Positions 12,501 through 23,885 of a DNA stretch of 42,513 nucleotides are shown here, one piece after another (within the stretch, counting starts at the first letter, position 1; every line of letters begins with the position of its first letter). Source of the DNA: Moniliella sp. 'wahieum' (taxonomy: Eukaryota); contig RSEE01000058.1 of the NCBI GenBank assembly GCA_003971905.1, positions 372,001 to 414,513 of the forward strand. Direction: 5' to 3'. Both the position numbers and the translations under genes were made by a program. The notes below the pieces were generated by a model, which had not been told where the DNA came from, ran no database searches, and was given only the letters and a program-made list of their open reading frames with translations.

Positions 12501-14085
12501 TCATACGTCGTGCGTGTCCACCACGATCTGCGGGCCAGCACGCATGGTGGCGAAGGCGGTGGATTGGGTGGGGCGGTGCGAAGCCTTAGTGGGTGACGGA
12601 GCCATGACCCTGTCCATCACCATATCACCGTCGTCGAGCGTGCAGTCGATCAAGGGGGAGAGGACGGTACAAGGTGTGTAGGGTCCTAGGTCCTCTTCGT
12701 CCGTACCGACCGTTCCCGCCGTTTGGGGAGTAGGCCAACGTCCCAGGAGAGGGGAGATGGGGTGTGTCGGATTCCATGCGGCGACCGCGGGCGGGCGGGG
12801 TGGCGACCAAAGTAGGAGGCGAGGCGAGTGCAGGGCTGCGTTCAACAAGGCCAACGAAGTATGGTGATGCACTTTGCGGAACGCGTTTTGCACAGCAACA
12901 TGGGCCGCAGGGAACAGCTGGCTTACCAAACTCGACACATCGTCGTTCCGCAACGCATTGTGCAGGATCAGCACCGCTTCACATGCCGACGGCTCTAGCT
13001 CATCGTACGCCCGACTCATCGCGGACGATACAGGCCCAGAGGGGGACAACAGCACATCGCCAACCAGAGTGCAGCCGTCGTGACCGAACTCGGGGGGCAA
13101 CGGCACGAGCTCCCGCTGATACAAGCTTACATACAATGTCAGTCGGGCCACCGTGACCACCCCAGCCGGGTTGGGATCATTCAGCAACATGGGTTCGGTA
13201 GCGAGATAGATGCGCAACCAAGCCTCGTGCGACGGACGTCCCAGGACGTAGCGCAAGGTGGAAAGAATGTGCGCCTCCATTTGGTAAAACGCAGACTGTT
13301 CCAGCGAATTGCAAACACATGGCCACTAGCTCGGCGGGGGTAGGAATCGAATCCTTCTCGTCCTCGTACTTGGCTGCAATCCACATGCGGCCGTGCCGGC
13401 CAGCTGATAGTGCCGCTTCAGTACCACCCGTTTGCTTAGGTACCGGTCCAACACACCCACTGCCACATAGAGCGTCTCGGGACGAAACTCAAACGTGGCG
13501 TGCATCTCAATCATGAAATCCAGGACGTAGGGCCGCAGCTGCCAGGTGACTTCGGGCTGGGAGTCCATCATGCCCAAAGCGGGACGGGTCGATTCCTGCA
13601 GGGCGACACCGGAAGAAATGAGGTCAACATGTCAGTCCCTGCACCAATGCAAAGAGAGTACAGGAGAGAGAAGGGGGGGGAATCGCACCTCCATCTGAGC
13701 ATGTGGGCCACAACCTCGCTCTGGTACTCGATGTCCAAGAAAGCATCTGCCTCGGACGAGTAGGATGCGCGCGTCTGTCGAACAGAAGGGTGATTATGGA
13801 GGACGGGGGACAAACGACGAAGGCGAAAAGTGGGGGTGATGAAGGGAGGTGGGTACACGAGGTAAGGCGACCGACGGCGGGTGCGAGGGATGAGCGGGAA
13901 CAAAGATGGGGGCGGATTGGTGTGCATTATGGAACGCTGGACAGAGACGCTGCGGCGCACTTGAGAGAGCAGGGCGGATTGACGCTGGGATGCGGCCTTG
14001 ACGCTGCGGGCGAGTGGAGTGGGCGGTGGTGCTGGAGATGGTGTGGGTGCGCGCCAGGCGGGAGTCGGTGTGCTGATGGCATCAT
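12501..14085 (-). CDS. G1/S-type cyclin (Cln1/Puc1-like); intron 13596-13688; start uncertain
   Basis: Cyclin box across frames: EYQSEVVAHMLRME|ESTRPALGMMDSQPEVTWQLRPYVLDFMIEMHATFEFRPETLYVAVGVLDRYLSKRVVLKRHYQLAGTAA-MWIAAKYEDEKDSIPT...MEAHILSTLRYVLGRPSHEAWL; Pro/Ser/Thr-rich tail. Confidence 0.87.
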
Positions 14086-15104
14086 GGTGAGTGGGGTGGT
14101 GAAGGAGTGTGTGAATAACGAACGGGGGGGGGGGCGGCAGCGCGCAGAGAGGGAGGTGGCCCTCTCAGCCAGTCAAGAGACACAGAGAAACGGAGAAGGG
14201 GGAATGGTGGTGGTGGGTGGTGGGGAGGGGGGGGGATGGGGAGGATGGGTAAAGGAGGAAGGACGCACAAGAGATCCAAAGGCGAGTAGGCTGGCTGGCC
14301 TACACAGGCGAGGTGCGGGGGGCTGTGTCTGGCGGGAGGGCGGCACCAGAGGACAGGAGGCCGAGGCACAACCCTATCGGCCCCACCTAGCGCCAGGGGG
14401 AGGGGCGAGAGGCCCCAGTGCAGCGAGGATGGAGAGTGGCGCTGGGGGGGGTCCCCTGTGTCGAGCGAGCAAGGGGTTAGTGCAGGCAGTGGAGCAGTGT
14501 GGGCAGGGGGGCGGCATGGTGCAGGATGCATGAATGGTGCCGCTTGTCCGGCGCCTGCGGCCTCGCCCCAGACTGCGGCCGTAGCGCGCCTCGCGCCCGC
14601 ACCCTCCGATCGCAGTGCCGACTCCCGATTGCTGCGCTCGGCGCTGCACCCACGCTGCACTCGGCGTTGCACTTCAACTTGCTGATAGGCGAGTGCATGG
14701 GCGATGGAAGATGGACATCGTAACGCCCCGCCACACCGGCAACGCACTGCTGCGGACGTCCGCATCAGCATCCCCTCCCAGGATCCACACCATGCACCCT
14801 GCCCCATCCCATCCCTCCATCGACCATCCCCCGTCGGGCTTGCGGCGGCCTCCCCGCAGCCCAAGCGCTGCATCCCAGCCACAGGAGCGCTTGGACTGAA
14901 CGTACTGAACGTTCAAGTTGAACACGTTGAACGTTCAACGTAGCAAACATTCAATTCAATGTCAACCGCGCGCTTATCCTGCCCACACTGCCCTGCACCA
15001 AACGTACTTCCCTTGCGTTCTTCTGGCGCGCGTTCCGATCCGATCTCAGATCAGCCCCCCTTCACCTCAGGACCCCACTCCACTCCGCCCCGCCACGCCC
15101 CACC

Positions 15105-15690
15105 ATGGCCCCACGTCGCTCCGGTCCAGGCCGATGGACCTGGTCTACGTGTGCTTCTTGCGATGCACCTCGTGGCCACACTGCTGATCGACGGACAGGA
15201 CGTGTACCCAGCACTGGTGCCGGCGTGGCTGCGCCAGGTGCGGGAGGAGTATGGGCTCAGTCGGGCGATTCCCGTGCTGCCCCACGCGTTTACGCCGGCC
15301 TTTGCCTGGTTCACCTCACTCATCTGGATCGAGGGTTGTTCCAAGTACCTGTATTTGTCCTCGGCATCCTTGCCCTCGTACGCGGTACGTCCCACCCCGG
15401 CTCCCTGCGTTGCATTGCCGACCACCATAAGTACTGATCCCCTCCCTCACGGACAGACGACAAGCGCATCTACCCGCTTCTCATTGCGTATGGCACAGAA
15501 GGTGCGTATCCACCCTGCAGTGCGTATGGATGGTCCTGTTTGGTCCGGAGCATAGCAGCCTCTCCGCCCAGCAGATCGCCATGCTCCTTCGTCCTACCTG
15601 CCCTTCTGCCTCCTCCCAGGCTGGCTGGCGATCGATTGGGCCTGCGCACCAGTCGTCTGCTGGACGGCTAGCAACCCCAACAAAGGGTAG
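15105..15690 (+). CDS. TMEM97/sigma-2 receptor-like EXPERA-domain membrane protein; intron 15385-15456; end approximate
   Basis: RSRPMDLVYVCFLAMHLVATLLIDGQDVYP...AWFTSLIWIE(G)LFQVPVFVLGILALVR|DDKRIYPLLIAYG...YLPF: hydrophobic segments and conserved D/E residues typical of the EXPERA family. Confidence 0.75.
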
Positions 15691-16625
15691 ACAAAGCTTC
15701 GGGCGCGCCGCCCCCAGATGAAGGAAAAGTCCTCCTAAGTCCGCCTTGGCATTGCATCTTCCCGTGTCCAATGGGACGTGGGCGGCCAAGTTCGACACGC
15801 TGCAGCTGAGGAAGGATCGATGGAGGGCCAAGCCGGGCGGGGCAGGAGGTACCCGCCTGCGTGGCGAGAGATTGGAGTGCCAGTCGGGCAAGCAATGATA
15901 ACTCAGTACGGAGTACGGGAAGAGCTGGCCCACCCAACCTAGGTGGCAGCTTGGCAGTTCGAGGCCCAGGCCCAGACCCAGGCCCAGGCAACCTAGTTAA
16001 CCTAGTTGCCACTGTCTTACCATCCGAGTGATTTGCCCCGGCCGATCCGTCTCGGCCTGGGAACGACGATAGAGAACAGGCACCGCTTCCGCTGTGTCGC
16101 CGACGATCGGATCTGAGTCGAGGCGAGGGCGGCGGCGGCGAGGGCGGAAGGGAAGCGGTGCGGTCCTGGCTTGCTTGGTAGATCCGAGTTGAGGCACTCA
16201 GACGAGCGGATGGAACCCCTGGGGCGAAACGGATACCTTCCTGGTACCCTGAGGGCCGAATAAGCTGTGCCTCGCTTTTTTTCTGTCCCCATGCGCCAAC
16301 GCCCGACTTGAGGTGGACTCGCTCACCCAGCTCGCAGTTCTCAGATCTCTATGCGCCAACACTCAACACTCAACACTTGACGTTTAAGATTTAACGCTCA
16401 GATGTGACGTGTGACATGTGACTCCAGTACAAAAACGGGAGGAAGGTAGAAGACTATGAAAGTACATCGATACAAGGCAACACGGCTGGGCAGCAAGCCA
16501 GCCAACAATCAAACAAAATGTCAAAAGGCGACTCGGGCCCCGTCTGCCCACGTCCATCGTGCGGTGCGAAACTGCACACGCTCTCAGTCCAAGTCGGCGT
16601 GTCGTCCGGACAGGGGGAGAGGTAG

Positions 16626-19600
16626 TTAGGGCGGGCGGAGAGGAGGGGAGAGGGGGAGGGAGTGCGGGTGCGAGTGCGAGTGCGAATGCGAGTGCGAGTG
16701 CGAGTGCGGGTGGAAGGGCGCATGTGGGTGTACTTGTGCATGAGCATGAGCACGAGCATGGGGAGAGGGAGGGGTGGAGCGGAGCGAGAGAAGAAGGGTG
16801 AGCAAGCGCATGGGAAAGGGTTGTGGTGCAGCGTGGTGGGCAAATGGGGTCGACGTGGCCCGGAAAGCGGGCGGGGGCAACCGTCTTGTTCGTTGGCCCG
16901 GGCAGCAGCGGGGGGCGGGACGAGGCCAAAGGCGTACCGCACTTGCACCTGTACTTGCGCCTGTACTGGCCCCTGCACCAGCACCTGCGGCTACACCCGA
17001 CGTTGGCATGCTGGTACGGGGAGCAACTGGGCGAGCGAGGCTAAGGTGCCGTGCGCTCGAAAGAGAACTCCCACTGGCTGTGCCACGTGAGTGCGCAGGA
17101 GAAGGGGGCAAAAGGGTATGCGCTTGCGTTGGTCTGTCCCCCCGTCGCCGAGGGGAGGGGCAGGGTGCCTGTCGCGACAGCCGAAGCGGCCGTGTGCAAC
17201 TTGCCATTGGGATTGGTGCGGGACAAAGACCCGGGTCCGGTCCAAGTAGGCAGCGAGGGAGGGGCGAGGTGTCGGCTGTCGTTCCCGTGTGGGTGGTGCG
17301 GAAACAAGGGTTTCGAAGCAGAGCTCCACCCGGTAGCCACGGTCGAATTGGATGTAGAACGCGTACGCGAGTCTGCCTTGGCTCCTCGCGGTGTCGTGGG
17401 AGGGGCACGAGTTCGCCCGAGGGGTGGCTGAAGCCTAACCCGGCCGAGGGGGGCATCCGCCCCGCCCGAGCCGCATGGGACGAGGCGGGGGTGTGGATGG
17501 GTGAGCCAAGTGGGACTGGCCCGCTGCGGGAGTCCGATGGGCCCGTCGCTTGGCGGCCATCGTGGCCGGTTTCGCGCCCTGGAGCAGGACCGAGCGTAAT
17601 GCCCGAATGGCTTTTGGGGGTTGCATCGGCCGTGAGCAGGGAGGAGCAGAGACCAATCATCTGCAGCAGCCGTGCTCGGCCTCAGCAGCAGGATCTTCGG
17701 GGCAAGAAGGTGCGGAAGCATGCGGCACGGATGAGTTGGCGCTTCGCCTGAGCCTACCGGCCCAGAGGCCATAGCCACCGCAGCACCCGAGGACGACTCG
17801 CGCATGTAGGCAAACAGGTACATTAGCTGCTCTGCCCGCGGCAAACACCACTCGTCGGAATGCTGGAGGCACAAATGCCGCACATTCAACTGGTGTGGGC
17901 GGGACCCCACTGGCAAGGGTCAAGGAGGAAGGGGCATGCGACGAGCTACCTGCGCCCATATCCTCCTGTGAGCATGTTCGGTAAGAACGTCGGTGGCCCC
18001 ATGCTCCCGCAGCACTTGGCTCTGTTGTGGCCATGAGACGGGCAAATGCGGGTTCCGAGTACAAGGGAACAAAGACAGCCTCGACGTACGGCACCACTTG
18101 TTGCCAGAACTCTGTCCATACTTGGGCCATGGTGGTTACGAGCGCCAAGCCCTGCAGTGCGGTTAGGCGGGGCATTCAACATCCCCACGCCCTCGATCAC
18201 CAAGGCCATCACTTCGGCTGTAAACGTTTCCAGCGCGCGCGCCGGTCTTCGTTCAGCCAGGTGACGAAAATGAAGGCAGGCTGACTGTTCACCTCGTCCA
18301 AGCACCATCCGCGTCCATTGCCGGCGAACAGCGGGAGCACTTTCGAACACAGCCCTCCAGCTGTTGGAGGCATACCAACTCGAGGAAGGGGTCCCAAGAG
18401 AGGGAAGGGGCGTCGAACCAGCGCCCGCTGGCTCAGGAGAGGGGAAGTAAGACTAGGTAAAGAAGGATTCATCCCTCGGGAGAAAGAGCCGTAGATGAGT
18501 GAGGGGGAGGCGATGCGAGATGGCGTATCTGTACTGAAGCTGATGAAACGGCCGCCATAGCTGCTGCTTAGGGCGTCCCCACCAAGCACACTGCCATCTC
18601 CTGCAACAGAGGAAGCATCTCCCAATTCACGCGCGAGAAAGCGCACGTCATACGCATTGCTCCCCCCCGTGCCGTAGCCGTCTGTCCCAGTCCCAGTCCC
18701 AGTGGAGACACCTGGAAGGGAGGGGAGCGAAGGGAGGGCAGTGCTGGGTCGAGAGCGGGAGGGGAAGGATGGGACGCCATTGTAGCCCAACGAAAGCGAA
18801 CTGGAGTCGGTCGAGTCGGTGTGGCCCGCGGAAGAAGGGGGCTGGGGAAGCCCACCACCCAAGATGGTGGTAAGCGGATGGTCGCCCATGTGGGGCAAGT
18901 TCAACCCGGCGAGATGGTCGGTATTGTTCTTCTCGAGCACGCGGACAAAGATGTACCGCCCAGCAGAGGGGGTGGCCATGTCGGACCGGCCAGGGACAAG
19001 CCTTGGGCCTGCATCTGGGCGGTTTGGGCCGTGGCAGCGGCCATGTCAAGCGCCGCCTCGGGCGAAGGGCGGGGGGGATCACACCGGGCGTCATGCGCGC
19101 CGGCACAGCAATTTCAACCCGGGCCCAGCCGGTATGGTTGAGGGCGGTCTGGACGTAATTTAAGCGAGGATCGGGCCAGGGCGAGGCCATGCCGGGCGGG
19201 GCAGCGTCATGGAGGCTGAGCAAGACGCGCATCAGCTCTGCCAGGGCAATGCCATGAGAAACAATCACAATGTGGACCACGTCGCGAGGGATCTGCCGCC
19301 CCGAAAGGCCTGTGCGCCGGCATAGTGAGCCGAAGGCGCTTCGTTCCGCAGCGCCTCGACTCGGGGCAAAATGTACCGCCGCACGGCGGTGGCCATGCGT
19401 GCGTGACCTCCTCCAGCGACTCGCCGTGGGGAACTTGGCGAGGCGGTGGGCAGGAGCGGGGGGGTGGCCGTGTCGATGCGCGGGGGGGGTGTCGTGGTGG
19501 GACCAGGCCTTGCCCTCGGCAGCGCCAAAGTTCTGCTCGCGCAGGGTGGCGGTGAGGACAGTGGGCACAGGCGTGGTGGGGCGGCAGTGATGGCGTCGAC

Positions 19601-19837
19601 GACCTGGGCGGCACGGGCGAGGTCGGAGGAGTAGATGGCAGCAATGGGGGTGGCGGCAAAGTAGGAGGCGAGCGCGGCGGTCTGGGCCTTGCCGTCGGGG
19701 GCAAGGGGGGCGTCGGTGACGCCGGTCCAGGTGGTGGGGTCGGGGATGGCGGCCTGGGCATTGCGGACGAGGGTGACGAGGAGGGAGCGTAATGGGTGGA
19801 AGGGCAGGGGGGCGGCGGGCGGCGCGTCGAGGGGCAT
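16626..19837 (-). CDS. Putative fusion: N-terminal degenerate histidine phosphatase (PGM/TIGAR-like) + HbrB-like (Bit61/PRR5/Protor) domain; C-terminal end approximate
   Basis: Phosphatase motifs LVTLVRNAQ, DAPLAPDGKAQ, IYSSDLARA, LREQNFGAAEG, GESLEEV, IVIVSHGIAL, NHTGW, VLEKNNTDHL. HbrB-like motifs W..VCSKVLPLFAG, AQVWTEFWQQVVPYVEAVFVPL, LNVRHLCL, ARLLQMIGLCSS. The two are joined by the stop-free ORF 18209-18979. Confidence 0.68.
16662..16709 (+). repeat. (GTGCGA)n hexamer microsatellite, ~8 units
   Basis: gtgcgggtgcgagtgcgagtgcgaatgcgagtgcgagtgcgagtgcgg read directly. Confidence 0.85.
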
Positions 19838-20997
19838 GCTGCCAGCCAGCGGCGCTGGGGCGCGGATGGAGGCGTGGCGGGGGCGGGGGGGGGCGTCGGC
19901 GGAGGCCGGGATGGGGCGCTCGCTGGGCCACAATGCATAACCGGCAACCCAGTCCCCACTCAGCCTGCGGCGGAGCAAGCCACGCCGCTTATGTCAGCCG
20001 TTGTCTGCTTGCTTCGCTTGGCTTAATTGGATCGTCGGAGGGTTAGCTTTAAGCGGTCTTCTGCACGGCGGAGGTCTAGCGCTCGCCGCGCCCAATGTTC
20101 AACGTTCAACGTTCAAACTGAACGTTCAACACGCTCAACTGCTCCACAGAGGGCAGCGCAGATCATATCCCCCTCGCCTAACATGCTCCCTCAGATGACG
20201 CTCCGGCGCACTCCCACCCAGCTCATCAAGTACTCCACCGCTCTCATCTGGAATGTAGTCTTGCATGCCCCCCCTTTCTCTTGCAAAACGAAATGGAGTA
20301 ACAATTGTAAAAAAATACTAAACTTGGAGAGCCGTTTACACTTGTTCTTCATCTGCAATATATACACCAACATGGAGTTCAGGTTTCCCAGTATAGCGGT
20401 AAGTGACTACTCACAAAGGTATGACATGGTCGAACCATCGGCCCGTTGGGGTCCATCATTTCCTGCACCATCAGTCTCTTCCCACTTTCCCCATGGACAT
20501 GGCTGGAAGGATCGCACTCCCCCACAGAGGCCCCCCTCATTCATATCCCTCTGTCAAAAACGGGATGGGGCCTCTTCTCTTCGTCGGAAGTATTATACAC
20601 TCCCCCCTGGTATCACTCACTATATACCCGCACCGTATACCCTCCTGAAGTCCTGAATTGGCATCCGTCTGCGTCATTAGAAAGGCCAAAAAAGGCAGCA
20701 TCTCTTCATCTTCACGCTTCAAAGCTCTCCCAGGCTGCACACCGGCTCAAATCCTTATCATTTACAGATAGTAGTGACAATGGGGAGCGATTCCTGTGAC
20801 AAGAATATAAAAGTAAGGTAGCCACGTAAGGAATGCCTGTTTACTACCACAAACGTTTTCCTCAACAAAAGTAACTATAGTCCGCGACCACACAGAGTAT
20901 GTTGAACAATGGTCCATGAACGTCATGAACGTTGGCACATTGACGCATTGACGCAGCCCCCCAACGGGCCCAAAAACCTGCCCCAACGGTGCAGCAA

Positions 20998-21020
20998 TAA
21001 CCGGTAACCGGTAACCGGTA
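20998..21020. repeat. Palindromic heptamer array (ACCGGT+A)3
   Basis: taaccggtaaccggtaaccggta read directly. Confidence 0.9.
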
Positions 21021-21949
21021 CCCCAAGACGGATGAGTACTGATAGTGACTGTACTTTGAGATCTGACGGATGGTTACCGATTACGCGATATGTTACAGAA
21101 GAGGTGGGTCTGCCAGTGATGGTGATGGTGATGATGATGGTGATGATGGTGGTGGGGTGCCTGGTGCCTGATGACGCTGACGGTAAAGCTCCTCAAACAC
21201 TTGTACTCCTTACACTTTTCTATACGAGAGTAAAGAGGTGAAGCTTGTCGCTTGAAGACTAAGGCCTAAGTGCCTCAGGCCTCAGGGGCCAAAGGCCTAC
21301 TGTTGAGGCAGTATATCACGTGTCACAAATCTGGCGAAAACAGGCAACCGAAATGTAACTGGCATTCCCCTGTGACATGGTGACATGTGAGAGATCGTGA
21401 GATCCTGAGAGATCTGATAGGCCAAGAGGCACTAAACCTAAGGGATCTAAGGCCTAAGGGGCCTGAGGTTCTGAACCTTGAAGGCCAGCCTGAAAGGATG
21501 GGGGGATACGAGAGAAGCACTACGCTGAGCGATCAATGGGCGAGCGCGATGATCGGCCACTTAAGGATAGCCCAGAACCGCGGTTGTCCGTTAACGTTTA
21601 ACTGAGAAGTATAGCTGCGCTATCAAGCTAAGGACGTTGCATGTACAGGTGGAAACAGTCAGAGATAGCTTCTCGTAAGCCCCTGAGATGTGACACCTGA
21701 GGCCTGACGCTAGTCCGACCTTGAAGCTTGAAGCTTGAACGCAACATGGAGAAGAGGGAAAAGGAGGGGAACGAGGTGTGACATGTGACGGTATGTAACC
21801 AAGTAACCAATCCGCAGCGCCCACAGGTCTCGACAAACTGTTGAACCAGTTCCCGTTGCCAGCCATATGTGGCTGTGATCAAGCCATCACGCCAAACAGT
21901 GATGTCACATGCCACCCACTCCAACATAGCACGGGTCAGGCCCTGGGTC

Positions 21950-22003
21950 GTCTCAGTCAGTCTCGGCAGTCTCGGTCAGTCTCGGTCAGTCGGTCAGTCT
22001 CGG
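21950..22003 (+). repeat. Imperfect decamer tandem repeat (CAGTCTCGGT)n
   Basis: About 5 degenerate units read directly. Confidence 0.75.
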
Positions 22004-23041
22004 TGGCTATGCCCACAGGATGTGGGGAGGGGGTTAACGGTTTGGACAGGCTTGAAGCTGGACGCTGATGATGCATGAACTCATACGACGGGTCTTGATG
22101 CCAAACGCGAAACCGAAATCAAGCTTCAAGAGCAAAAGAAGGTAAATGACGGATAGGGGGTTTTGGTGGCGCTGTGGTGAGTCAAAATAGACAGTGCTAG
22201 TACCGAGAGAGAGGAGGGGGAAGCGGAAGGGAGTGGGATCTGAGAAGAGAGGAAGACGAAGCCATGAACGCCGAGACTTGTAGAAGGAGGCACGTCAGCA
22301 CGTCAGCTTCCAGACTTGCGCCCAGACGGAACCAGAGGTGCTGGGTGGACAGCACTCCTGGAAACGAAAGAGTCCGGATATGCTCTTATTGGCACCGTGA
22401 CATGGTGACACCTGCCCTTGTGTTCCTGAGAGCCGCACTACGCCCACAAGGAAGAGAGAGGGACAGCAAATTGCACCAGGTACCCGTCACGGCGTCACGA
22501 TGTCACGACGTCAGAGGACATGGCGCGCACGCCGGTGGATGGATGTGGGTATGGAGATTTGTTTTGGTGATGCACGGATGCACTGATGGCACTTGCTGTG
22601 GTCACCAGCAGAGTGACCTCTCGTAGCGGGATTGCCACTTGGCCGTTTCCGACATGGCGGCAACATGCCCCAGTACCGGGTAAACGGGGCCCGGGTGGCC
22701 GGTCGTGCTCAGGGATTGAATATTGATGCAGGAGGGCATGGGAGCAGGGAGTGGGTAGTGAGTACCGAGTAGTGAGTAGATGTCACATGTGCGGGTGATG
22801 TGACAGGTGACCAACATGTGATATGTGATCATGCATCATGCATCAAATTCAACACCACCGTGCGACACAAGAGATGCGCTGAGCTGCCGAGCTTTTCAGC
22901 CTCGGAGATCCCAGACTCTCCGACTCGCATGCGCTCCTGGCGTGTTACATGTTACTTGTGACGTTGAGTGTGCAGGTATACGTCCCGAGTATTGATGTGA
23001 GATTCAGATCGGGGGGAGGGGTGGCAAGTGGATTGGGCAGT

Positions 23042-23228
23042 GTTGAACGTTGAACGTTGAACGTTGAAGCTTGAAGCTAAGCTTGAAGGGTGGTTGCAGG
23101 TAGCTGCTCGGCTGTGCTATTCGGCTGCGGGGAAGCTGCAACTTGCGGGCCAGCTGGCAACAGCGTGCAACTGCCCATTCGGCATCAAGCTTCAAGCTTC
23201 AAGCTTCAAGCTAGTCAAGCTTCAAGCT
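23042..23228. repeat. Palindromic heptamer arrays: (AACGTT+G)3 then AAGCTT+G at 23042-23088; (AAGCTT+C)n at 23185-23228
   Basis: gttgaacgttgaacgttgaacgttgaagcttgaagct and tcaagcttcaagcttcaagcttcaagct read directly. Confidence 0.9.
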
Positions 23229-23885
23229 ACGCTTCATTAATCAGTACTCGATGCCAGCCTCTCTCCAGCCTCACCCTCCCACGCACCAGCCACGGCGGCT
23301 GTGCGCGGAGCCATCCGCCATCTGTCCCCGCCACGTCTCAGATCTCTCTCAGCTCTCACCTCTTACCCGCGCAGCGCTTGCTCACCGCCCGCGCCGCCCC
23401 CCGCTCGCCCGCTTTTTGCCCGCCGCTTTCATCTGGCACCCGCCTCGCTGGCACCCGCCCAGCCATCCTCAGCCTCGGCCTCTGCCACGCCGCTGGGGAT
23501 ACACTCCCTCTTTCAGTTTCTTGCACGCCTCAAGATAGCCGCGCCACGCGCCACGCACACGCCTCACGCCTCACGCCTCAGTCTCCACGTTGATTCCACC
23601 TTCAACGTACCTGCAAGCTTCAACCCTCAACGTTTCCATAAACCTAAACCTGCCCCTCCTTTTAGTGCCTGCTGCCCACGCCGTTGAGCGCAACGTACAA
23701 ACTCAGTACCCAACCACCGTCCCCTCTCTGCTCCCGCTCCGCCACTTGCAACGCCCGCTGCTGTCTCGTAATCCGTCCGCTCTTCGGTCCCGCGCCCCGT
23801 CCAATCAAATAACATCGACCACAAGTCCACAACATTCAACCCCCCACTTGCTCGGCCGCAGCTGCCCACCACGATACGCCCAGCC

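Noticed and set aside
14897..14941. Heat-shock elements (GAAnnTTC in GAACGTTC)
   Set aside because: Only two inverted nGAAn units occur at a time, and the array period is 7 rather than the 5/10-bp HSE geometry.
2478..19837. Programmed frameshifting or mass pseudogenisation
   Set aside because: Indels fall in simple repeats, affect a tRNA too, and hit conserved genes without motif decay; sequencing error is simpler.
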